A stretch of DNA of 64,000 nt from Synechococcus sp. Its GTDB lineage: Bacteria; Cyanobacteriota; Cyanobacteriia; PCC-6307; Cyanobiaceae. Position numbers and translations under genes: made by a program. A model generated the notes under the pieces. The model was not told the DNA's origin and searched no databases. It was given only the letters and a program-made list of their open reading frames with translations. Shown one piece after another: positions 29,256 through 37,803 of this stretch; position 1 is the stretch's first letter, and every line of letters begins with the position of its first letter. The stretch is from assembly GCA_047285535.1 (NCBI GenBank), contig JBJBDC010000001.1:544136-608135 (forward strand). Direction: 5' to 3'.

Positions 29256-29921
29256 ATGTTGAGATCCTCTCAATGGTGTCTTCTTGGAGGGTGCCTCGTA
29301 TTGGGGCTTGCCATTCTCAACGCCAGCAGTGCTGAGACTGTCACTCCAAGTCTGGAGAGAGCTGATGTCCTTGCAGGAATGGCAGGTGTTGGATTGATGC
29401 TTGTTTCTGCCCTATGGACTCGAGCCTCTCCACGCAGCCCAGAGGCTGTTGATCTTGAAGGTGAACAGGGTTTTGTCCTTTCCGAAGATTTGACTGACGC
29501 TGTTCGAGCTGAACTGGCCTGGGGAAGCCATCAGTTTTTAACAGCGACCTCTGCAGCCACGATTCTTGTTTATTGGGAAGGTTCAGTCCTGTTAAGACGT
29601 GGGCTTATGGGTCGTGGGGATTTTGCACCTGGCGATATCTGTCGTCGATCTCAGCAAACACAAAGGCTTGTTTCGCTTGTTAAAACGACTCTCTACCCTG
29701 GTAAAGCTGAGTTTGACCCTGTCTTACCGGGATTGCCTGCCGTGATGATTCAACCTTTGGGTCAAAGTGGTTGGGTCGTGATTGGGGGCTGGTCAGAACG
29801 TTGTTTCAGTCGTTCTGATGAGCGTTGGCTCAGTGGTTGGGCGGAGCGCCTTAAAACAACACTGGAGGTTGAGACGGCTGTGTTGTTGGGGCCTCATCCG
29901 TCTTCTCTTTCTCAATCGTGA
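29256..29921 (+). CDS. Cofactor assembly of complex C subunit B (CCB2/CCB4 family)
   Basis: Two N-terminal TMs, ELAWGSHQFLTAT, LYPGKAEF, QPLG, RCFSRSDERW; start uncertain. Confidence 0.75.
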   Translation: MLRSSQWCLLGGCLVLGLAILNASSAETVTPSLERADVLAGMAGVGLMLVSALWTRASPRSPEAVDLEGEQGFVLSEDLTDAVRAELAWGSHQFLTATSAATILVYWEGSVLLRRGLMGRGDFAPGDICRRSQQTQRLVSLVKTTLYPGKAEFDPVLPGLPAVMIQPLGQSGWVVIGGWSERCFSRSDERWLSGWAERLKTTLEVETAVLLGPHPSSLSQS

Positions 29922-31068
29922 CCTGAGAACGGACTTTGTCACCGGGAGCCATGAAGATCAGTGTTCCCTCTTTGCCGACATTTCCACGAAGCATTTGCGC
30001 TTCAGTGATTTGATTGTTCTCCTCTCGTTCCAGGCGCACGTCTCCTGTTGCTAAGACCGCATCAGTGATCCAGTTCCAGCGACATTGTCGGGCCTTCAAG
30101 TTTTCTCCTGGTTGATTGATTCGGCAACCGTCACGTATAAGGACATAGTTTTCTTCCAGTTGGACCAAAAAACTATCCCCACTGATCTGTGTTTGCTTAA
30201 TCAATGCCTGAAATGGTTCATTGCTAATCAGAGTTTGTTTGCGGAAATTCCAACTTGTATCTTTGGCCCGTAAAAGCCCTTTGTTTTTTGGCATTTTGAC
30301 AATTACAGGTGATTTTACAGTGATTAATCCTTGTTTGGTGTTGCCAATCAATTCTTGACCTTCGAGTTGTTCCAAGACGACCCCTTCTTGATCGCGGCGC
30401 TGACCTAATACCGGGCCATCAGCTTGGAGTGATCCATTTTGCAAGTTCCAAATAGCCTTGCCAGTGCGTATCGCTGTATCGGGTTTGATTTTTAGATCAA
30501 ACTTATCGCGCCAACGATCAAGCTGAACGGGGCCATTCAGGGTGAGATCATTTGTATCTTGCTGGAGAATGGCAATCTCGGCGATGATCCGTGAGTCTGC
30601 ATCAAAGGCTCTGGGTTGTTGATCCATCACCAGACGAGAAAGTTCAGGGGTCCAACGCAGTCGATCTCCTTTGATGACAATCTTCTGTCCATTCAGTTGA
30701 TTTAATTGAACATCTCCTTCGAGCAATATCTGCTCGCCATCATTGATCACAACTGCAAAATCTGCTTTGATTTGAAACGTGGCTTTGTTGTTGTTATAGA
30801 GAGTCCCAATGGGATTTTTGGCTCGCACCATTCTTAGCGTTAGTTCATAGCGAGCCTCAGGACTTGAGAGTATCCAGTCGATATCTCCATTGGGCTTTTT
30901 TTGTTCTAACTCCAGTTTTCGAAACACAAAAGGTGGTGGTCCTGCTCTCTCGGATCTGTTTGCAGTGGATGAGCTGCAACTCAGTACCAGAGTACTGAGC
31001 ATTAACGAGCTGATCCAAAGATGTCTCTTCAAAACTTTTGCTGCGTGGAGTGGAGGAACACTGATCAC
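29851..31068 (-). CDS. LptC/OstA-like periplasmic beta-jellyroll lipoprotein
   Basis: Lipobox-like LVLSC; repeated short beta-strand motifs (LEGDV, LNGPV, ATGDV). Confidence 0.7.
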   Translation of the reverse strand: MISVPPLHAAKVLKRHLWISSLMLSTLVLSCSSSTANRSERAGPPPFVFRKLELEQKKPNGDIDWILSSPEARYELTLRMVRAKNPIGTLYNNNKATFQIKADFAVVINDGEQILLEGDVQLNQLNGQKIVIKGDRLRWTPELSRLVMDQQPRAFDADSRIIAEIAILQQDTNDLTLNGPVQLDRWRDKFDLKIKPDTAIRTGKAIWNLQNGSLQADGPVLGQRRDQEGVVLEQLEGQELIGNTKQGLITVKSPVIVKMPKNKGLLRAKDTSWNFRKQTLISNEPFQALIKQTQISGDSFLVQLEENYVLIRDGCRINQPGENLKARQCRWNWITDAVLATGDVRLEREENNQITEAQMLRGNVGKEGTLIFMAPGDKVRSQVTIEKEKTDEAPTTQPSQPPVLF

Positions 31069-32615
31069 AGTGCTTCTTCTAGCTCCAGTCTTTGCATCAC
31101 CGGTTGAGGCTGGGGAAGGCGATGCTCGGATTCAAGTAGTCCCCAGGGAAGCTGTTTTGTCCAGTCAACTGATGTTGTTGATTGATTGAGCTGGCTGAGA
31201 ATGCGATCACTCAACTCGGGAACGAGAGGTTTAAGCAATAACCCCACAAGTCGACAACACTCAAGAACTCCGTAAAGATCAATGGCGACTTGAACTTCTT
31301 GGCCCCCTCGCTTCATCTTGCTCCAAGGCGCTTGTTCATTCAGGTAGCCGTTAGCTTCGATTGCTAGCTGAAGAATAGCCTCAGCAGCATTCTGAAATGC
31401 CATTAATGGCATGGATTCTCGTACAGTTTTAACTGTGGATTCAGCACGCTCGCGTAGAGCATGTTCACACCTGCCCTGTTGATCAACATTGGGAGTTGAT
31501 TCATTGAACCACTTGCGAGACATCGATGAAGTGCGATTCAGTAAATTTCCAATTGTATTGGCCAGATCGTTGTTAACAAGATTGACAAATCGTTGTTGCT
31601 GGAAATCTCCATCTTCACCAAACTGAATATCTCGTAGTAAATACCAGCGGACAGCATCCGTACCGCATCGGTTCAGCAAAACGTCTGGATCAAGAACATT
31701 GCCTAAGGATTTTCCCATTTTTTGGCCTTCTCTTGTTAGAAATCCATGGCCAAAGACCTTTTTAGGCATAGGTAGACCGGCTGACATCAACATCGCTGGC
31801 CAATACACGGCATGGAAGCGCAGAATATCCTTGCCGATGACATGTACATCTGCTGGCCAGCCAACGTCCAGAAGACGATCTAGATCGATACTTCCGTTAT
31901 CATCTAAAAGAGCACTTAGATAACCAAGCAGCGCATCAAACCACACGTAGAAAGTATGGCCTTGATATCCGGGGACAGGTAGACCCCAGTCAACATTGAC
32001 CCTCGAGATGGAGAAGTCTCGCAAACCCCCAGCTACAAAATTTTGAATTTCCTTGCGTCGGCTCGCTGGATAGATGAAATCATCCTGATTGATTAGCTCT
32101 TCGATTTGCTCTTGAAAATGAGATAAACAGAAAAACAAATTTTCTTCATCTCTCCATTCAAGAGGCTTCTGGTGAATCGGACAGAATGGATTATTCGCTT
32201 CAGCGGGATCATCTTTGAATTCTTCGCAGCCAACGCAATACCAGCCGGTTTGACGACCACGTCGGATGTCACCTGCCTGTTCACAGCGTTTGAAAAACTG
32301 TTGGACAAGGGGCAAATGGCGCTGTGATGTTGTCCGAATAAACCGATCGTTGCTGATGTCCCAGTTAGTCCAAGCCAGTTCGTAGCTGGTCGTCACCTGA
32401 TCACAGTGATCACTGGGGCTGATTCCTCTCTCGGAGGCTGTGCGTTGGATCTTCTGACCATGTTCATCAACACCAGTCACAAAGACAACCTTCTGACCTT
32501 CCAACCGTTGGAAACGTGCCAGTGCATCGCAGGCAACAGTCGTGTAAGTACTCCCTAAATGTGGTTTGTCGTTGACGTAGTAAAGAGGAGTTGTAAGGGT
32601 ATAAATCATGGTCAT
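31065..32615 (-). CDS. metG: Methionine--tRNA ligase (short form)
   Basis: PHLG (HIGH), GVDEHGQKI, YVWFDAL, IGKDILRFH, KMGKS. Confidence 0.97.
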   Translation of the reverse strand: MTMIYTLTTPLYYVNDKPHLGSTYTTVACDALARFQRLEGQKVVFVTGVDEHGQKIQRTASERGISPSDHCDQVTTSYELAWTNWDISNDRFIRTTSQRHLPLVQQFFKRCEQAGDIRRGRQTGWYCVGCEEFKDDPAEANNPFCPIHQKPLEWRDEENLFFCLSHFQEQIEELINQDDFIYPASRRKEIQNFVAGGLRDFSISRVNVDWGLPVPGYQGHTFYVWFDALLGYLSALLDDNGSIDLDRLLDVGWPADVHVIGKDILRFHAVYWPAMLMSAGLPMPKKVFGHGFLTREGQKMGKSLGNVLDPDVLLNRCGTDAVRWYLLRDIQFGEDGDFQQQRFVNLVNNDLANTIGNLLNRTSSMSRKWFNESTPNVDQQGRCEHALRERAESTVKTVRESMPLMAFQNAAEAILQLAIEANGYLNEQAPWSKMKRGGQEVQVAIDLYGVLECCRLVGLLLKPLVPELSDRILSQLNQSTTSVDWTKQLPWGLLESEHRLPQPQPVMQRLELEEAL

Positions 32616-32676
32616 CTCGGGGCTTGCCCCCTTCTGGACTTGGATCCTAACGACACCCCATTACACCTCCTTCCCG

Positions 32677-33321
32677 ATGTTGAACGCAGCACTTGATCTT
32701 GAGGCCAGGACTGTGTGGCTTGCAGCGTTGCATCAGCTAGCGCTTGTGGATGGAGATTTTGATCGTGCGGAGGAGCAGGTACTGGCGGATCAGCTCAATG
32801 ATGACTGTCCGTTGCCAAATTTTGATTGGAGCCATTGTCAGGCGCCTGATCTGGATGAGATCAATCGGCATTTCTCCTCAAACCCCAGGATTGCTGAAGA
32901 GTTTCTGCGATCTGCCGTTGTTGTGGCGTTAGCCGACGGGTATCTCAGTCAAAGCGAGCTGGATTTAATCCAGGCTTGGGCCGGCGCAGCTCTCGAGAAC
33001 AGTGATTTGATCGGTAGCTTGATTCCCTGCTCGCATCGAAGCGCTCAGCGCTGGACTCCGCTGGACTCCGTCAAGGAATGGCTCGATGCCTTCGACCCCT
33101 GCGACGAGAGGATTGCGTCATTCATTGTTCAACTCATTCCGCCTCAGTGCCCCTTTGAACGAGACATCCTTTTGTTTGGCCACAAGCTGGTCCATATTCC
33201 AGCGCTGTGCAAGGTCAACCCGTTGTTTGATCAGCTTGTTGCTCTTCGGTTTCGCTGTCTGGGTCATCTCACGTTGGAAGAGCAATTGCGTCTTTCCCGA
33301 CGAGAGTCGGTTCACGCGTGA
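32677..33321 (+). CDS. TerB-like N-terminus + Mo-dependent nitrogenase C-terminal-like domain protein
   Basis: LALVDGDF and VVVALADG repeats; IPPQCPFERD...IPALCKVNPLFDQLVALRFRCL. Confidence 0.8.
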   Translation: MLNAALDLEARTVWLAALHQLALVDGDFDRAEEQVLADQLNDDCPLPNFDWSHCQAPDLDEINRHFSSNPRIAEEFLRSAVVVALADGYLSQSELDLIQAWAGAALENSDLIGSLIPCSHRSAQRWTPLDSVKEWLDAFDPCDERIASFIVQLIPPQCPFERDILLFGHKLVHIPALCKVNPLFDQLVALRFRCLGHLTLEEQLRLSRRESVHA

Positions 33322-35144
33322 TTTCTATTCAGACTCTCCATAGTCCAATTGTTGTCTGGGGAGGCGGTACAGGCGGCGTTGCAGCTGCCATTCAGGCGGC
33401 TCGATCAGGTGGGACTGCGCTTCTTCTAACCCCAGGCTCTTGGCTTGGGGGAATGGTCAGTACCGCTGGAGTGTGTTGTCCCGATGGCAATGAACTCGCC
33501 TCATGGCAAACGGGATTATGGGGAGCCTTTCTCCGGTCCTTGTATCAATCTGAACCTGATGGCCTGGATCAAAATTGGGTCAGTTGCTTTGGATATCGAC
33601 CAAGAACAGCTGAGTTGATTCTTCAAAACTGGGTCCAGGAGCTTCCAAATCTTCAGTGGTGGGCTAATTGTTGTCTTCTCGATGTGGAACGATCGGGATC
33701 GCTTGTTAAATCAGTGCTTGTACAACGATCAGATGTTGTTTATCGCATTGAGTGCGACATTTTGATCGATGGCAGTGATCGTGGCGATGTGCTGCCGATG
33801 CTTGCCTGTTCTTACCGTTTGGGCTGGGAGCCCCGCGAACAGTGGCAGGAACCGAGTGCCCCAGATCAACAAAGATTGGACCATGACCCTTTCTTTACTC
33901 AATCACCTGTTCAATCACCAACCTGGGTGGTGATCGGCCAGCTTCAATCCGACCAGATTCCTCACGACTTGGTGCCTCAACCAGGTGGAACGGCGAAAAC
34001 AGTTTTATCTACTCCGTTCGATGGCGCTTGTGATCAATTCGGTCTGAAACGAACCATCACGTACGGGCGTCTACCTGGCGGACTGGTGATGTTGAACTGG
34101 CCATTACAAGGAAATGACTGGCATTTTGGACTAGAAAGAGCTTTTAACGGCGATTCCAGGGCTGAACAAGAACTGTTTGCAGAAATGCAATCCCACAGTC
34201 TTCGTTTTGCGGATGAGCTTCAGCGTTGTAGTGATGGTTGGTTAAAGCGAGGTGAAGGCTTCCCTCGTGAAGCACGAAGCAAATCCTCTTGTTTGGCTTC
34301 TATGCCTTATTGGAGAGAAGGACGTCGCATGATTGGTCTCCAAACAGTTGTTGAACAGGACATACTCCCTCAAGGGCCAGGGCAATCGATTGCGTCTCTT
34401 CCTTTGAATAATGTTGGTGTTATTGAATCAATTGCTGTAGGAAATTATGCCAATGACCATCACTATCCTGGTCCGGATTGGCCACTGACTCCAAAAAGCT
34501 GTCGTTGGGGTGGTCGCTGGACGGGGACTCCCTTCTGCATTCCTTATCAAGCTCTTGTGAGTGCCGATTTTGAAAATTTCCTCGCTGCGGATAAATGCTT
34601 CAGTACCAGTCATATGGCGAATGGTGCGACGAGACTGCAACCTCTGATTTTCAATGTGGGACAGGCAGCAGGAGCAGCAGCGGCACTCGCGATTCGTTGT
34701 CGTTGCCCATTGGCAGCTTTACCCGTAAGAGTTCTTCAAGATCTGTTGATTGAAGATCCTGTGGCGCCATCAGGAATCGTTCCTCTCTGGGATACGCCTT
34801 GGCATCATCCGCAATGGAGTCAAAGACAGCGAGCTTGTCTTGATGATCCATCGCTATTAGGCCCTGAGGGTTCGTGGCTCGGTCCAGATGACCAGATTGC
34901 GTCTCAACCTCCTAAGCAACCTCATCAAAAGGTTTGGGTCGGGACACTCTTGCCTAATTCCCCAGATGGATACGACTTCGAAGTCGATGGTGGCCAGCGC
35001 TGGCCACTGATCACCCTGGAACCAGAATTAAGACATTGGCTTGCTGATCAGGATCGTCCTAGATCAGTTGCCGTAACCGCAGTAGCTAACCCTTGGGGGC
35101 CATGGTTGCGTGGCATCCACCTGGATGACTTATCGATAACTTAA
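33318..35144 (+). CDS. FAD-dependent oxidoreductase
   Basis: VVWGGGTGGVAAAIQAAR, PYWREGRR, HMANGATRLQP, GQAAGAAAA; 4-bp overlap with upstream gene. Confidence 0.85.
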   Translation: MISIQTLHSPIVVWGGGTGGVAAAIQAARSGGTALLLTPGSWLGGMVSTAGVCCPDGNELASWQTGLWGAFLRSLYQSEPDGLDQNWVSCFGYRPRTAELILQNWVQELPNLQWWANCCLLDVERSGSLVKSVLVQRSDVVYRIECDILIDGSDRGDVLPMLACSYRLGWEPREQWQEPSAPDQQRLDHDPFFTQSPVQSPTWVVIGQLQSDQIPHDLVPQPGGTAKTVLSTPFDGACDQFGLKRTITYGRLPGGLVMLNWPLQGNDWHFGLERAFNGDSRAEQELFAEMQSHSLRFADELQRCSDGWLKRGEGFPREARSKSSCLASMPYWREGRRMIGLQTVVEQDILPQGPGQSIASLPLNNVGVIESIAVGNYANDHHYPGPDWPLTPKSCRWGGRWTGTPFCIPYQALVSADFENFLAADKCFSTSHMANGATRLQPLIFNVGQAAGAAAALAIRCRCPLAALPVRVLQDLLIEDPVAPSGIVPLWDTPWHHPQWSQRQRACLDDPSLLGPEGSWLGPDDQIASQPPKQPHQKVWVGTLLPNSPDGYDFEVDGGQRWPLITLEPELRHWLADQDRPRSVAVTAVANPWGPWLRGIHLDDLSIT

Positions 35145-35166
35145 AAGGTGAACTTATAACTTAAAG

Positions 35167-37206
35167 TTACTGATTCATCGCAATGAGTCTGAGTTGATCA
35201 CGGATTGAATCCACCTGGTGAACCTTCATCACTAAATGATGACCAGGCTCAGAATCTCTGGGGCATTCAGCTGCGATATCCATTGCCAAGTCTTCAATCC
35301 TCACCAAACCCAGTTGATCTTGAGGGCGCAGCCATCGTAAGAACTGGGCTGACCAAACTTCATTGCGATGGTTTTCAAACCAAACCTGCTGCCAGTGACG
35401 TTGGTCTTCTCTGGCAATTCCAATTCCATCCCGAATCGAGGCATCAAAGTCATTGATAAGGAATTGAAGATCATCACGATTAAGTGGTTCTTGGTCGCTG
35501 AATTGGGCTTGCAGTTGCCGTTGTACAACGAGATCTCCGTAGCGGCGTATTGGCGATGTGGCTTGTGCGTAGGACGCCAGTCCCAAGCTGAAATGTGCCG
35601 CAGGTTGTGTGCCCAATAATCCACGACTGAGACAACGTTTAATGGCAGCGAAGCGAACGGCGCCATCGGGCAGTGCTTCAAGATCAGAATGAGATGGGAG
35701 CTCTGCTGGAAGTTGGCTCCGGAAAGGCAAGGCGAGATTGTGAAGTTCTGCAATTCGGGCCACCACGGCGCCAGCAAGGATCATGGCTTCAGCCACCATC
35801 CGCCGCGATCTACCAGGTTCAGTGATCTCCAAGCAAGGTTGATTGTCTCTGCAACGGATTCGTCCTTCTGGTAGATCCATCAACAGCGCACCATGCCTGA
35901 TTCTGTATTGACGTCGTCTAGAAAGTAACGCATCCAATTCCGCCAAATCTGTATCCTCTGGTGGCGCTAAATCGATCAATTCATCGGCGTCGTTGTAGCT
36001 CAGTCGGAAGGTGGGCTTGACCCAGCTCCGTTCAATTCCGTGATGACCGAGTTCTCCTTCGTCGGTCAGCTCTGCCCAGATGCTCCAAGCAGCATTTTTG
36101 ATCCTTGCCTTTAGGCTAAAAGGCCCTGTTGATAAGCATTCCGGAAACATCGGTACATTCCCCTGGGCTAAATAAAGGCTGCTGCCACGGCGTCTTGCTT
36201 CAAGATCCAGTGGCGAATCAGCATCAATCAATCGCCCAGGGTCAGCGACATGAATCCAAATGCGTTTGATGCCATCTGAACGGTGTTCGAGTGCGAGACC
36301 GTCATCAATATCTCTGGTCTCTTCGTCGTCAATCGTCACGCAACGCTGATGGCAAAGATCGATTCGGGACGAGTCCCCGGGGCGCTCGCTTGAGTTCAGC
36401 TCCATCAAGCGTTCCGCTTGATCTAGAAGTTCAGGGCTAAATCCTGATGACCAGGGTGTGCCAGCAATCGAAACCAACTGGTGAGGATCCCAGATTCCGA
36501 GATCTACCAACAGAAGTCGAATCTCACTTCGGTCATGACCGAGACGCATTCCGGTCAAACTCTGTTGGATCGGAGCATCGAGTTGCTCAAACTCAATCGA
36601 ACCTAATGCCAGGTCTTGCAATTGTTCCAATCTGGCTCGAAGGCTCTTGGGAAGACTTTCAGGCTCAATCCTTTGCCTTGCTTTTAAGAGGTTTTTCCAA
36701 CGTTGGTCTTTTTGTTGCTCAAGAGCTTGAAGCCTTTGTTGACGGCGCAGGGGTTTCAGCTCCTCTGCCGATCGCGCCCTGATCTGATCATGCTTGTAAC
36801 GAAACCAAATCTGAGGTCCCATCAATGCCAGCCAGCACAAGGCAAGTTGGGCTGGACTAGTGCCTCCACAGACAAGATCACTGAAGGAGTCAATCTCAAT
36901 TGTCTCGCCTGATTCAAGAAGCAGGACCCATGCTGCGCCCCAGTTTCGACGGCTGAGATTGCCTAGGCTTAGTTGCTCTTCTTTGATTTGCCATGGTGAA
37001 GCCCCCAGCCCATCTGGAAGATCAATTCCAGGAGGCAGGGGGCAAATGAGTTGTATTTGCCGCTGTGGCAAAACAGTGGATTTGCGGTCGAATCCCAGTT
37101 TCAAACGCACTTTGCTGCCTTGAACAGAATCAACGACAGCAATTTGGGTGCTCTTCGACTCTTGAACGCCGACGAGATCTCCAGGTTGGAGAGTAAGTGA
37201 AGCCAG
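35167..37206 (-). CDS. rnb: Ribonuclease II/R family exoribonuclease, catalytic motifs intact; start uncertain
   Basis: TIDDEETRDIDDG, IHVADP, RRGSSLYL, ATSPIRRYGDL; ORF-track extension overlaps rpsR so the start was trimmed. Confidence 0.88.
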   Translation of the reverse strand: MASLTLQPGDLVGVQESKSTQIAVVDSVQGSKVRLKLGFDRKSTVLPQRQIQLICPLPPGIDLPDGLGASPWQIKEEQLSLGNLSRRNWGAAWVLLLESGETIEIDSFSDLVCGGTSPAQLALCWLALMGPQIWFRYKHDQIRARSAEELKPLRRQQRLQALEQQKDQRWKNLLKARQRIEPESLPKSLRARLEQLQDLALGSIEFEQLDAPIQQSLTGMRLGHDRSEIRLLLVDLGIWDPHQLVSIAGTPWSSGFSPELLDQAERLMELNSSERPGDSSRIDLCHQRCVTIDDEETRDIDDGLALEHRSDGIKRIWIHVADPGRLIDADSPLDLEARRRGSSLYLAQGNVPMFPECLSTGPFSLKARIKNAAWSIWAELTDEGELGHHGIERSWVKPTFRLSYNDADELIDLAPPEDTDLAELDALLSRRRQYRIRHGALLMDLPEGRIRCRDNQPCLEITEPGRSRRMVAEAMILAGAVVARIAELHNLALPFRSQLPAELPSHSDLEALPDGAVRFAAIKRCLSRGLLGTQPAAHFSLGLASYAQATSPIRRYGDLVVQRQLQAQFSDQEPLNRDDLQFLINDFDASIRDGIGIAREDQRHWQQVWFENHRNEVWSAQFLRWLRPQDQLGLVRIEDLAMDIAAECPRDSEPGHHLVMKVHQVDSIRDQLRLIAMNQ

Positions 37207-37210
37207 TGGA

Positions 37211-37432
37211 TCAGCCTTCTGGGTTAACGAAAGGCAGCAACGCAACGATGCGGGCACGTTTGACCGCATTGGTAAGGTCACGCTGCTGTTTTGCAGTTAG
37301 ACCAGTAAGGCGCCGAGGAAGAATTTTTCCCCGTTCCGTAATGAATTTTTTGAGTAGATCCACATCCTTGTAATCGATGGGATCTCCAGGTTTGATCGGA
37401 GAAAGACGCTTCTTAAAGAAGGAACTTGACAT
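37211..37432 (-). CDS. rpsR: 30S ribosomal protein S18
   Basis: [23 protein letters not shown]...ARIVALLPF. Confidence 0.98.
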
Positions 37433-37470
37433 AAATCAGGAACGTTGTTGAACGGTGAAGACCTGCAAGG

Positions 37471-37671
37471 TCACTTGATCTCCTTGTGGAGGGTCATCTT
37501 GTTGAGTTGGGGACAGAATTTCATAATCTCCAACCGTTCAGTTGTGTTCCTGCGATTCTTCTCCGTTGTGTATCTGGACACGCCGGGAGAACGCTTTTCA
37601 GAGGCGGAGGCGGACCGGCATTCAGTGCACTCGAGGGTGATCACGATCCGGACGCCCTTGTTCTTAGCCAT
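37471..37671 (-). CDS. rpmG: 50S ribosomal protein L33
   Basis: [18 protein letters not shown]...YTTEKNRRN...KFCP...HKEIK. Confidence 0.98.
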   Translation of the reverse strand: MAKNKGVRIVITLECTECRSASASEKRSPGVSRYTTEKNRRNTTERLEIMKFCPQLNKMTLHKEIK

Positions 37672-37803
37672 AAAGGACGTTGCGCCGCAGTAGCGAAGCG
37701 TAGTGACAAACAACTACTTTACAGCTTCGACGAGCACCATTCCCGTTTTCGACGATGGATTGGTGAGTCCTTCGTAGGATCAATGTCTGATTGAATCGTT
37801 GAC

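Noticed and set aside
32677..33321. Nitrogen fixation implied by the Mo-nitrogenase C-terminal domain label
   Set aside because: No nif genes in the window; the domain name is a known misnomer for this context
37211..37671. Incomplete zinc-ribbon cysteines in L33 and S18 as a zinc-starvation paralogue signal
   Set aside because: These forms are the normal cyanobacterial sequences in their usual rpmG-rpsR context
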